Positions 1-11,803 of a stretch of 64,000 nt of DNA are shown in pieces. This stretch comes from Octopus sinensis. Its lineage: Eukaryota. Both the position numbers and the translations under genes were made by a program. The DNA is taken from assembly GCF_006345805.1 (NCBI RefSeq), contig NC_043009.1, positions 8,308,001-8,372,000 of the forward strand, in the 5' to 3' direction. Below the pieces are notes generated by a model that saw only the letters and a list, made by a program, of their open reading frames with translations, was not told the DNA's origin and made no database searches. The number at the start of each line of letters is the position of its first letter. Within the stretch, counting starts at the first letter, position 1.

Positions 1-152
1 ACTGCTGTGTCACCATTTTTCAGTGTATTTCAACCAGAAAAATGTTCACTTAAATAGAATAACAAGCTACACAATGCAAAATTTTTACTTTTCAAAAATT
101 CCAATTCTAAAGGGTTGAAACAAACCTGAGCAATGCCGGGCAATACTGCTAG
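1..152 (+). mobile_element. Possible Helitron-like 3' terminus
   Basis: Decayed GC hairpin cctgagcaatgccggg (126-140), then ~8 nt and CTAG followed by T (149-153). This is the usual Helitron 3' layout. No 5' end or Rep/helicase is visible. Confidence 0.4.
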
Positions 153-830
153 TAATAATTAAAGACAGGACAATCAAATACTTTTGAGCACAAGCCTGTT
201 TGGTCAAGGCTGACCTGGTGTTAAACAGCAACGGTTGTTTGGTGACTCATATTCAATCATGAAAACATTATGTTAGAGAAAAGCATGAATATCACACAAT
301 CATATTTCTTTTCTTCTTGTGAAAGCTTGAAAGCCTTGCCAACAATCAATAATGATATATATGTGTTTGTAAAGATAAAATATAAATATTATGTTTCCCA
401 TGTTGTAGCTTTGCAATAAATAGTCAGTTATTTGACTTTTCCTACTGGTCTGAGATATCCATTAATAAATTGACTTCAGAGAAAGCCAGGAACAGGAAGT
501 TGAGATGCTTATGCCTTTTCTCAAGAGCATAAAAAGGAAGTCGATATAGTTACAGTAGAGAATCAAAATTGGACATATTAGATAATATAATCCTAGGTAG
601 ATTATGCCTGAATAAATGACAAGATGTCACAGTGGGAAAATCTAGATGGTAAGCCTGCTTTATCATGGCTGAGCTCAGGAAAAAACAATAATATTTAAGA
701 GTGAAAAAGTAACATTATTTATTTTGGGGGTAAGTAAAATGGTTGGTGACAGGAAGGGCATTTGGGTGTAAAATATTGCTTTGTAAAATTTATTGAACCT
801 ATTCCAGCATTGAGAATTGGATGTAAATTT

Positions 831-1205
831 GGGTGGCTGTGTGGTAAGAAGTTTGCTTCCCAACCACATGGTTCCGGATTCAGTCCCACTGTGTGGCACC
901 TTGGGCAAGTATCTTTTACTATAGCCCCAGGACGACCAAAGCCTCATGGGTGGATTTGGGAAACAGAAACTCAAAGAAGTCCATTGTATATGTGTGGGTG
1001 CATGTGTTTCTGTCTCTGTCTTTCATTTCTAATATTCAGTTTGAACAAGTCTGACCATGGGGAAACATTACCTTGTTTGGGATCAGGTGAGAGTTGGTGG
1101 CAGGAAGGGCATCCGGGTGTAGAAAATCTGCCTCAAATAAACTCTGTACAATCCATGCAAGTATGGAAAAGTGTACGTTGAATGGTTATAATCAAAATGA
1201 TGAGG
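831..1205 (+). mobile_element. tRNA-headed SINE (family A head) with RTE-type 3' tail
   Basis: Head ggctgtgtggtaagaagtttgcttcccaaccacatggttccggattcagtccc with A/B-box-like motifs. Tail ggcaggaagggcatcc...catgcaagtatggaaaag followed by (gat)n. Confidence 0.75.
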
Positions 1206-1485
1206 ATGATATGCTAGCATAGGTTGGACGGTTCGACCGGGGTCTGGGAAGCCCGGAGGCTGCACCAGGCTCCAGTCTGATCTGGCAGTGTTTCTACAGC
1301 TGGATGCCCTTCCTAACGCCAACCACTCCGTAAGTGTAGTGGGTGCTTTTTACATGCCACCGGAGGCTGGCAACAGCCACGATCGGTTGGTGCTTTTTAC
1401 ATGCCACTGGCATGGAAGCCAGTCAAGGTGGCGCTGGCATCGGCCACGTACAGATGATGCATTTTACATTTCACCAGCACAGGTA
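1206..1485 (-). mobile_element. RTE 3'-UTR-like repeat (family B), tail-to-tail with the previous copy
   Basis: Reverse complement of the ggttggcgttaggaagggcatccagc tail, plus the internal ggtggcatgtaaaaagcacc units also seen at 26200-26350 and 47340-47470. Confidence 0.75.
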
Positions 1486-2639
1486 TTTGACTGGTGGCTG
1501 TTGGTGCTGTCACCTACAGTTGCTTTTGGGGTAAGAAAGAGCGAAAAAGAGAGTTTACTATGAAATAAAAGAGAGGGTGAAGTTTCCTTTTAAGGGGTGA
1601 GAGCCGCTATGGATTTACAATTTTTTATTATTATTATGAGAGGTTTTTTTCTTATGAAAGAAAGAGCATATGAAATGATGTTTCCATATAATACTTTTTC
1701 TTTTTTTCATTTCAAGTGTCCTAGTAATTTTAGAAAGCATTATTTCATCCTCCATACAACATAACTTGAGATCATGAAATTAGTTGGCCTAAGTTCATTT
1801 GAAACCTTTAGGAATTATATACAATCAATTTTTTCTTCTTCTTCTTTTTTTATTACTCTTTTAACATTGGAGAAAAAGAGTGAAAAGATAGCTGCAGGGA
1901 AATGAATGCCCAAGAATCATTTAAAATTAAAATTAACATTTTATACAAGTATGGTTGATATTTTCTATGTTTTTTTTTATTTTTAACACTGGAGGAGCAA
2001 TGAAGAGAGAACGAGATTGAGTTGTAGAAAAGAGGAAAGTCTCTTATGTGCTTAACTTTTCAGTCTGGGAATTTTTTGATGGAACTTGTTTTATTTCTCC
2101 CTTTTTTTCCTTTCCAGTACTTATTTGCCTTGTTTGATAGTTCTTCATGTTGACATGTTTTCTCTATAAACTACATAAAAGCCCCTCGTTTTTCTCTGGT
2201 ACCAATGTGGGATCTCTGGACATGTTTCTGTGTTGCTTATCATGTTGGGATGACTTAGGAGCAGTTTCCAATATGTTTCATCTTGCCATCAGTTTTGTGT
2301 GCAGCATTCAGAATTCAGCTGTCATTTAATGCATGTGGGAAATTTGACTGGCAACTGTTGGTGCTGCCGCCTACAGTTGCTTTTGGAGTAGAGAGAGAGA
2401 GAGAGAGAGAGAGAGAAGGAGAGTTTCTAAGAAATGATATATCTTGATATGCAGATATAAGTCTATGCAATGGCTAGAGAGTAAAGCATTAAGAAATTGT
2501 CATAACAGTTTCATATATATATATCTAAATACATGCAAAAGACATATACATACAACAAAATGAGATATAGACAGCAAGCATTTATACAAAACACACACAT
2601 ACATGCATACACTTGCACATAAATGCATACTTGACTTGA

Positions 2640-2925
2640 GACAGCATTCACCCGGGGTGGGTTGAGCTGGCTTCATTCATCCTCAATGCTGCATCTCTCA
2701 CAAACGCCGACCAGGCCAACGACCGCATGATCTCCAACCTCTCCTTATTCCAACGGTGAACGCCGTAGATATGGGGGCCTAGGTTGGGTTCCAGATCAGC
2801 CTTGACTGTCATCAGCCAGGTTTTATGTTGTCCACCACATCGCTTTCGCCAACCCTGAAGGGGAGCTAGGGCAATTGCTTCGTAGATGAATTCTCCTGGT
2901 TGATGACGGAGGCCATGACCCAGCC
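2640..2925 (-). mobile_element. RTE-clade LINE, 5'-truncated C-terminal fragment
   Basis: ORF 2648..3001 contains GWRKRCGGQHKTWLMTVKADL...AWSAFVRDA, resembling the RGRPxKTW...W C-terminus of RTE ORFs. Confidence 0.65.
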
Positions 2926-3200
2926 AACACATACATGCATACGTACATGTACACACACACGCACTACTTCTGCCACACTGTTTCATTAAAGTACAGAGCA
3001 TGGTTGTGCGGCTAAGAAGTTCACTTCACAAACCTTGTGGTTTCAGGTTCCATCCTACTGTATAGCACATTAGACAAGTGTCTTCTATTAACTATAACTT
3101 TGAGAAGACCAATGCTTCATGAATGAAATTTGTTAGATGGAAAGTGTACTGATGACTGTCGCGTGTGTGTGTGTATTTCTATATATTTTCACACTCTCAG

Positions 3201-3303
3201 GAGTGAAAGTGATAACATCTCTTGTAAACGAAATGCTCTGTTACTCAGCAGTCCTGTCATGTCTGGAGACCATAAAAGAAAAAGCACCTTACTTGAAACA
3301 CAG
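3201..3303 (+). CDS. Candidate internal exon of an unidentified gene
   Basis: Acceptor ttttcacactctcag and donor cag|gtaagg. Two open frames, one reading VKVITSLVNEMLCYSAVLSCLETIKEKAPYLKH. The donor abuts a SINE tail, so it may be fortuitous. Confidence 0.25.
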
Positions 3304-3421
3304 GTAAGGGTTGGTGACAGGAAGGGCATCCATTCATAGAAATCTACCCCTATAATATCTACCCAGCCCATGCTAGCATGGAAAAGGATAAAAGAGACAT
3401 AGAAATTGTTATTATTAATAA

Positions 3422-3901
3422 AAGGTGGTGAGCTGGCAGAATTGTTACAAGCTGGGCAAAAATGCTTAATAGTATTTTGTCTATTTTCACGTTCTGAGTT
3501 CAAATTCTGTTGAGGTCAACTTTGCCTTTCACCCTTTCAGAGTCAGTAAATTAACTACCAGTGAAATACTGGGGTTGATGTAATCAACTAGTCCCCTCCC
3601 CCAAAATTTCATGCTTTGTGCCTTTAGTACAAAGGATTATTATTATTATGGCAGTGAGCTGGTAAAATCATTAGCAAGCTGATCAAAATCTTAGAGGTAT
3701 TTTGTCCGTCTTCACTTTCTGACTTCAAATACTGAGGTTGACTTTGTCTTTCATCCTCTCGGGGTCAATAAAGTAAGCACCTGTTGAGAACTGGGGGTCA
3801 CTGTAATCAACTTACTCCCTGTTCTGAAATTGCCGGCTTCATGCCAAAATTTGAAACCATCATCATCATCATCATCATCATTATTATTATTATTATTACT
3901 A

Positions 3902-3932
<31 letters not shown>

Positions 3933-4180
3933 TATTATTATTATTATTATTAATTGGTAAGCTGGCAGAATCGTTAGGACACCGGGCAAAATGCTTGGCA
4001 GCATTTCGTCTGTCCTTATATTCTAAGTTCAAATTCAGCTGAGGTTGACGTTGCCTTTCATCCTTTCGGGGGTGAATAAAATAAGTACCAGTTATGCACT
4101 GGGGTTGACGTAATCGACTAGATCTCCTTCCTGCCAATTCTCAGGTCTTGTGCTTTTAGTAGAAAAGATTATTATTATTA
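3422..4180 (+). mobile_element. Three head-to-tail copies of SINE family C separated by (TTA)n/(CAT)n tails
   Basis: Each copy has gagctggcagaat...gttcaaatt...gcctttcatcctttcggggtc...aagtaccagt...ctggggt. Starts are at ~3422, ~3649 and ~3956. Confidence 0.85.
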
Positions 4181-4412
4181 TCATTGCAGTTTGTGAACAT
4201 TAATGTCTTGACTTCTATCAATGACAAATTGCAATATATAACAGCCGTAAACCATGTATGTCTTGCCTTCAAATTACTTTGACATGTATCCTATTTCATG
4301 TGTGTGTGGAAAAAAAAAAACCCGTTAGAGGAAATGAGAAGACTTTGTTTTAACCTTATCAATTAAGAGTTACAGTTTCTGCAATAGACATGTTCTTTTT
4401 CTGGATTTTTAG

Positions 4413-4478
4413 GTTTTACTTAATGTTTGCTATAGTAACTGGGTAGATTCTTCCTGTAATTACTTGGGAAGCTCAGAT
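4413..4478 (+). CDS. Candidate 66-nt exon (phase 0/0)
   Basis: Acceptor ttctttttctggatttttag and donor gat|gtatgt. Open frame VLLNVCYSNWVDSSCNYLGSSD. No homology recognised. Confidence 0.2.
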
Positions 4479-4562
4479 GTATGTGAGAGGGGGGGGGAGG
4501 TAAAAGTTCCTGCAAGGAAGGTGAGACCTCTTTCATCTCAGTATCAATATCTTTATCTATAT

Positions 4563-4804
4563 ACGTGTGTATATATATATATATGCACACACACACATAT
4601 ACATATATATATATATGTATATATATATGTATCATCATCATCATCGGACGCTAAACGATGATGATGATACATATATATACATATATATATATACACACAC
4701 ATATATATATACATACATATATATACATATATATATATATATACAAACATATATATACATATATATACACATACATATATATACATATATATATATATAC
4801 ATAC

Positions 4805-4874
<70 letters not shown>

Positions 4875-4886
4875 GTGTATATATAT

Positions 4887-4938
<52 letters not shown>

Positions 4939-4955
4939 TACATATATATATATAC

Positions 4956-5004
<49 letters not shown>

Positions 5005-5013
5005 ATATATATA
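4563..5013. repeat. Long compound (AT)n/(AC)n microsatellite
   Basis: Directly visible. It accounts for all the Y/I-rich ORFs at 4420-5071. Confidence 0.97.
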
Positions 5014-5643
5014 TCTTCTGTTCTATGCTTGTTGCTGTTACTGCTCCTTCTCCTACTTCATCTCTGCATGACCAGACCTATATAGTGTCATCAGCTGCCA
5101 TCAAGTCATTATTGTCACCAGCAAATTTAACCACAGCAATCACCGTGGCTACCAATATGGCCGCCACCATTACTGTCATTAACACTTCCTCTACCGTCAT
5201 CTTTGCCAGTACTATAGCTGGCATCACTTCATCCTCCACACCGTATCACCACCATTTCTACTACCTCTTCTCCTTTCCGTCATTCACCATCTCTCTATCA
5301 CTGCCGTTTCTGTCATCACTGCCACCATCCACATGGCATATGTCACAACTATCACAGTTCTCAATTTAAAATGATACAACAACCAAGAGAAATCCTTTGC
5401 AGCTAGAACAGAGAATTGGAGACAAACAGACAGATACAAGTGTACGCACACACACACAGGAAGATGAATAAAATAGATAAATACTGTAGGATAAAATAAA
5501 TGGCTCTCTACTCTAGTCCAACAATAAGGGTTTTGGTTTAAGTGTCCATCATATGCAAGTTGGCTTTTAAGACTAACAGTAGCAAACATGACCAGTGAAA
5601 GTAGGTGACAGAGCATTGATAAGTGGTGTGTTATATTTTAGTA

Positions 5644-6007
5644 TTGTTATCCAAAGTCCAATGAAGGAGCTTCTGTTTTTTTTTTTTCTTTGGTCAGAAA
5701 ACAACTCCAGTCTGATCTGGCAGAGTTTCTACAGCTGGATGCCCTTCCTAACACCAACCACTTCGCAAGAACCCACTACACTCACGGAGTGGTTGGCGTT
5801 AGGAAGGGCATCCAGCCGTAGAAACTCTACCAAATCAAGATTGGAGCCTGGTACAGCCCCTGGCTTCCCAGACCCCGGTCAAACCGTCCAACCCATGCTA
5901 GCGCGGAAAACGGACGTTAATCGATGATGATGTACAAGGTGAGAGTTATTTTCTGACCAAAAAAAAAAAAAGCAGAAGCTCCTTCATTGGACTTTGGATA
6001 ACAATAT
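5644..6007. repeat. Inverted duplication enclosing two head-to-head family B copies
   Basis: tattgttatccaaagtccaatgaaggagcttctg(t)n..ggtcagaaaa (5644-5705) recurs as its reverse complement at ~5945-6007. Between them lie B(-) at 5707-5762 and B(+) at ~5790-5932. Confidence 0.85.
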
Positions 6008-6253
6008 TGATAATTATTACAAATCTGACTTTAAGAAGTTGTTGCATATTTTCACTGTTCCACTTACAAACTGTATTCTGTAAAGTGAGTGTTTGTCAAT
6101 TTCTTTCTTTGCTTTAAAATCCTAGCTTCTCCAGAATGTGACTTGAGCATTTAGTAGCATGATGAAGTGCACCAATAAGTATTAGTTTGAGTGTAGACAC
6201 ATAATCAGAGGAAGAGGAGTCGTAGCTTTTGAAATAATTCTCTACAGATAGTA

Positions 6254-6698
6254 GGCGTAGGAGTGGCTGTGTGGTAAGTAGCTTGCTTACCAACCACATG
6301 GTTCCGGGTTCAGCCCCACTGCATGGCACCTTGAGCAAGTGTCTTCTACTATAGCCTCGGGCCGACTAAAGCGTTGTGAGTGGATTTGGTAGACGGAAAC
6401 TGAAAGAAGCCTGTATATATATATATATGTGTATATATATATGTGTGTGTGTGTGATGTGTGTGTGTATATGTTTGTGTGTCTGTGTTTGTTCCCCAACA
6501 TCGCTTGACAACTAATGCTGGTGTGTTTACGCCCCCCCCCCCCCCGTAACTAAACAGTTCGACAAAATAGACCGATAGAATAAGTACTAGGCTTATAAAG
6601 AATAAGTGCTGGGGGCGATTTGCTTGACTAAAGGCCGTGCTCCAGCATGCCCACAGTCAAATGACTGAAATAAGTAAAAGAGTAAAAGTAAAAGAGAG
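6254..6698 (+). mobile_element. Full-length SINE family A
   Basis: tRNA-like head, central (AT)n(GT)n tract and 3' body ending aaatgactgaaataagtaaaagagtaaaag. Colinear with the copies at 17168, 28699, 43738 and 63026. Confidence 0.9.
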
Positions 6699-7523
6699 AT
6701 AGTCTTCCCACTGATTGTGGGAGAGAAATCAGCATGTTACCTCTGTAACACAAGAAAGAAAACTGGAGCACTCTAGGTCAAATCTTGGTTATATAACCCC
6801 AAGAGTATTAACTTTTAGCACACGGGCTCTGAAGGCTGTGCAGCCAAGCTAAAGAAAGTTTTGATGAAAGTGCAAATAATTTGTGACTTCCTCTCGTATA
6901 TGATTTTAACAACAACCGCATATCACAGTGGCGTATGCATGCATGCATGTATGAATGAATGAATAAAAGAGAATGCAGTATGGTAGATATGAAGTTGGAG
7001 CTAACATAACTATTACAAATTCATCTGGCTGAAAACTTTCATTCATTATCAGCCATTAAGGAAAGTGGAATCAGTGTTAGTTATAACGAGTTAAAAAAAA
7101 CTACATTTTCAGGTTTCGCAGAAGGTCGTTTGATGGTTTACATAATATGAATTTCACTTATCCAAGTCAGATATTGGCACTGGTTCTGATGTATTATAAT
7201 ATTAATATTACTGCGATATTTCATATCTTTCAAATTATATAGTTGTCCAATATGTTTTCATAAGTCAGGAAAAAACAGACACTCATTATATTACGTGATA
7301 GAATGGCTGTATTATTTATATATTATTGTTTCATAACAGCTGGTTTATGTTACTGAACAGTTTCGTGTTGAAAATCGTCTAGAACTGGACATGACGAAGA
7401 CATACTTTTCTCCTCCGCTATCTCCAGTGATTGTTATTTACCTTTCCACTTCTGGAAGGTTTTCAACATGAAAATGTCATGTAACATACATTGGCTGTTT
7501 GGAGCTATGAGAATAAATCATTA

Positions 7524-7717
7524 TGGCTGTGTAGTAAGCAGCTTGCTTCCCAATCACATGGTTCTGGGTTCATTCCCAGTGCATGGTACCTTGGGCAAGT
7601 AGTGTCTTCTACTATAACCTCGGGCCAACCAAAGGCTTGTGAGTGGATTTGGTAGATGGAAGCTGAAAGAAGCCATATGTATTTATATATGTATATGAAT
7701 GTTTGTATGCATGTATG
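7524..7717 (+). mobile_element. SINE family A head, interrupted in its microsatellite by the Tc1 element
   Basis: Head sequence followed by a (TATG)-type tract that resumes after 8961. Confidence 0.7.
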
Positions 7718-7719
7718 TA

Positions 7720-8959
7720 CAGGGGTTGGACAAAATAATGGAAACACTTAAAATTTCAAACAAATTTATTTTAATATGGGGTAGGACCGCCTTTGGCAGT
7801 AATTACAGCTTGAATTCTACAAGGTATGGACTCGTATAAAGTTTGAATTGTTTCCAAAGGAATTTTTGTCTATTCTTCAGCTAAAACAGTCTCCTGTTCT
7901 TGTAGTGATTATGGTGGAGGATATTGATACCTTACTTGTTTTTCTAAAATGCACCATAAATGTTCAATAATATTGAGATCTGGGGGCTGTAGTGGCCAGA
8001 TAAGATGTTCAACTTCGCTAGAATGTTCCTCATGCCATTCAGTAACAACTTTAGCTGTGTGAATTGGTGCATTATCATCCTGAAAGATTGTGTTTCCCTT
8101 TGGAAACAGTTCCACAGCCATAGGATGAATTTGATCATATAAAATGCTTAAATGGTTTTGACTATTAATTTTGCCATGAAGGGAAACCATTAGGCCGGCA
8201 GATTTCCAAGATATAGCCCCCCCCCCCAGATCATCACAGGGCCTCCTCTATGTTTAATAGTTGGAAGAAGGCAGTCTGCGTCAGATGCTTCTTTTGGCTG
8301 TCTTCACATGTATTCTTGGCCGGTGGTTGGAAATAAGGTAAAGGATGACTTGTCTGAGAAAATAACACTCTTCCACTTCTCTAGGGACCAATCCTGTAGG
8401 TTTTTACTCCACTCTAAACACTTTGCAACGTTTTTGTTTTTTTTTTTGAAAGTAGTGGTTTTCTGATTGCAGCCCTCTCATGAAATCCGGCTCTGTGCAG
8501 CTCCTGGCGAACAGATTTTGCGGAAACTGGGTTCTTGAGGTGGTCATTAAGCTCTGCAGTAATTTTGGGAGCTGTACTTTTGCGATCCTTTCTAACAATT
8601 CACGTAATGTCCGACGGTTCATGTCTGAAAGTTTTGGTTTTCTTCTGGAGTTTTGTTTCGATGAGAAAGTTTTTCCTTCTTTCTCAAAAGCTGTCATTAC
8701 TATTGAGACAGTACTTCTTGATACACCAAACATTTCAGCTGTTTTCGTTACGCTAGCGCCTATCATATGAGCACAAACAATTTGACCTCTTTGTAAGTCC
8801 GTTTGATCTGTCATTGTAATGAATTATAATTACCTTTTTCTTATGATATCTGAAAAGAAACAGCAATTTTAGCAAAACATAGCTTGTGATGGTTTTGTAG
8901 ATATTTCAAAATTATGATACTATGATGCTAGGTGTCTCCATTATTTTGTCCAATCCCTG
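7720..8959 (-). mobile_element. Tc1-type (DD34E) transposon, full length, transposase disrupted
   Basis: TIRs caggggttggacaaaataatggaaacac and gtgtctccattattttgtccaatccctg, flanked by TA; 1240 bp. ORF 8404..8814 is the HTH region (GASVTKTAEMFGVSRSTV). ORF 7909..8190 has QDDNAPIH...PDLNIIEHLW. Confidence 0.95.
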
Positions 8960-10200
8960 TATATGTATATATATATATATTTATGTATGTATGTATGTAT
9001 GTGTGTGTGTATATATATATACATATATATACATACATATATATATATATATTCAGGTGAATAAGGCACCAGATTAGGTCAGAACAAAATTCATACACAC
9101 CAATTATAGATGAATACCAACATCAGTACAGAAGTACTGGCAGAAGGATATTACACTATACACAATGTGTACAGGCCTTGTACATGCTATATGTACTCAT
9201 TCCATATCCCCACACCCCGTAATTACCAGTACTGGGGTGCTTTGTTGAATACGTCTGGAGAGACACTGCTCAACACACCAGTAATCATGTTTATTTTCTG
9301 CTTTATCTCATCACTACACATTTTAGCTTTTCTACTTCTCTAAATATTCTGGCCTTATTCACAATTAACAATGGGGGCAATAGTTATGAGTAAAATGGGC
9401 TCATGATCCCATAATCAAAGTTTGCCTACTGTAACATGCACTTACCATCTTTGCTTATCAAGCCAAAACAATGGAAGTGGGACCATCACTGGAGCAGCTT
9501 GGAAACTAACATGCACCATCGGTGCAGACTTTGAACTCACCTTCAGTTGCTCACAACAGTACAAGAAACCAGACATTTTCCCGTATGATAATTTTTGAAA
9601 CTACCAGAATGCCATAATAGTAGGTTAAACATGGAATGTTCCATAAGTGACTGTGATAATTTGTTAAACCACTGGCTGTGGTGAAGCAAACCACTCGTTA
9701 TCACAGATGTTTACAGATTTCCAACCAGTAACCATTGTTGTATTTCCTGTATCAACAAGTAACAGTATCGTATAGATAAAACAAATCTTCAGTGAAGCAG
9801 AAAATGTGTCAATTCTATCTAACACTTAATCAAACAACCGAACAATTGTCTCTCCATTATAACCATCTGACGGACATTCTTTGTTTTGTTTTGGCAGTAC
9901 CAAGTGAGTCTAATACTGACAAAGCATATGCACAGTTGCAGTGAGCAGCCAGCTAAAACTGACAACATCACCAGTTTGAACATGGACCTCCTCAAAGTAA
10001 CGCTATTCCCTATCTCTTCAATCAGAATTACAGTAAATATTCAGTAACACACAGTGGGGCAAATATTATCATTCAGTGAAGTGAACAAACATATTTATAA
10101 ATTACCATACACTAACAGTGTACAATGGTACTTTTTACCCCCGCTTTCTGTTATTAATGTTCACTTTTTAAAATTTTCCAAATAACTATACCCTAATAGA

Positions 10201-11160
10201 ATGGAGTTGCATAAAAGGCATAGTCACATTATTGGCTACAAATTGCGAGTGATAACATATGTCAAGGAACATGGTAACAGAGCAGCTGCTAGACATTTTG
10301 GACCACCTCCAATAGAGAAAATAGGAGGATGAACTACAACGAGCTGAAAAATGGAAGCATAACTTGTGGAAACCAAATGCAAAATGGCCTGAACTTAAAA
10401 ATGAATTGAAAACCTGGGCTGCAGATAACTGGAAGAAAGGTATAGTTGTGTCAACTAAAGCCGTAATTTTTCAAGCTAAAGTTGCAGCAAGAGGTCATTA
10501 TGATTTCAGTGGCTGTGCAAGCTGGTCTTTTCGTTTCATGAAAAGAAGCGGATTGGCTATGCATACAAAAACAGGGATAGTGCAGAAAATGCCAGAAGAA
10601 TATGAAAACAAGATACTGGAATTTCACCGATTTGTGATTTGTGCGAGTCAACGCAGCAACTACAAATTCTGTCATATTGCAAATATGGACAAGGTGCCCC
10701 TGATATTTGATGCTCCCTTGAACAGGAATGAAGATGCTAAAGGTAGCAAAACAGTTACTTTTAAAACAGCAGGACTTGAAAAAACACACTACACCATAGT
10801 ATTGGCTTGTGAAGATGGCACAAAACTACTACCAATCTAAATAATTAAAAGAAAAGCATTTCCAAAGGACCATTTTCCATCAGGAGTTGTTATTCACATC
10901 CACCCTATGGAGTGGATGGATGAAAATGGCATAAAGTTATGGTTAGATAAAGTATTGCCAAAGTGTTCTTGTGCTTTATGCAAAACATCATCCCTTTTTG
11001 TCTGGGACCAATTTCGTGCACACACAACTGAGAGTACAATAAGGAGGGTAAGGAACCTAAACACTGAAATAGCTGTCATACCTGGTGGATTGACTTCCCA
11101 ATTACAACCCCTGGATATTTCAATAGACAAGCCTTTCAATGTGCATATGAGAGAGGAGTG
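10201..11160 (+). pseudogene. pogo/Tigger-family transposase remnant with a Brinker-type N-terminal DNA-binding domain
   Basis: From ATG 10201 it reads MELHKRHSHIIGYKLRVITYVKEHGNRAAARHFGPPP. ORF 10364..10840 has the CENP-B-like HTH and NMDKVPLIFD. ORF 10907..11284 has VWDQFRAH...IPGGLTSQLQPLDISIDKPF (DDE_1-like). Frameshifted. Confidence 0.88.
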
Positions 11161-11719
11161 GGATAATTCCCCTTACCGTAATTTTATTCATCTCATTGAG
11201 GTTATTGCCAAAAAATGTGTGCCAAACCATTTAAAATACATTGGAAGAGACAACATAAAGGAACTTAACAGTAATAAGAGATAAGGGTTGGTGAGTAAAT
11301 GACATGCACTACGGCGCAGTCAGCCTTGGGCCAACTGCCAAAGGCACGGGGCTTGCTAGGATGTTTAGGAATTTTTCAAATGTTTCATGAAGCTGATGCA
11401 ATGAGAAAACATTGAAGCCATAGGAAAACCCACATAATACCCAGTGCTTCTCCAGGGTGTATAGGTGTGGATGAACCAGTAACCAGTTGCTATACAATTT
11501 TTCTGTTTTGGGCAGCAAATAACGATATAAACTGTTCAGACCTCCACCATGCCACTTATCATGTCACTAACCCTTATTTTGGTTAACTGTCCTAACTCTT
11601 ATTTTGGCTGTTTGTTCTAAGCCTTACTTGGGCTAACCCTTACACTGGCTAACCATTTATGTGGACTTGGCCACCACCTCCTTGCAACACTCTACATGTG
11701 TCTGTCCTATGAAAAAAGC

Positions 11720-11803
11720 CGGAAATTCCTCTTATGTATAATTACATTTTCCTGCATATTCCATGATAATTTTAGGGTGCAACTTATATGCCACGAAATA
11801 TGG
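11720..11803 (+). mobile_element. Probable right end/TIR of the pogo element
   Basis: ggtgcaacttatatgccacgaaatatgg followed by TA. It resembles the CCGTATTT-type termini of pogo/Tigger-like elements. Confidence 0.55.

Noticed and set aside
4420-5071. Multiple 74-137 aa ORFs rich in Y/I/H/T/C/V
   Set aside because: They are translations of (AT)n/(AC)n microsatellite. The same applies to the ORFs at 3807-4042, 14053-14577, 31523-31741 and 41044-41502.
5025-5369. 114-aa Ser/Thr-rich ORF
   Set aside because: It lies in a degenerate (CAY/CAC)n low-complexity tract with no splice or homology support.
6254-6330. tRNA genes at SINE heads
   Set aside because: They have A/B-box-like motifs but no complete cloverleaf, and they always continue into SINE bodies.
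9047-9070. Left TIR of the pogo element (atattcaggtgaataaggcacc)
   Set aside because: The similarity to the right end is weak and needs several gaps, and the intervening 1.1 kb does not look like a pogo 5' region.
11567-11665. Interstitial telomeric repeats
   Set aside because: Only five spaced ctaaccctta-like motifs, not tandem (TTAGGG)n.
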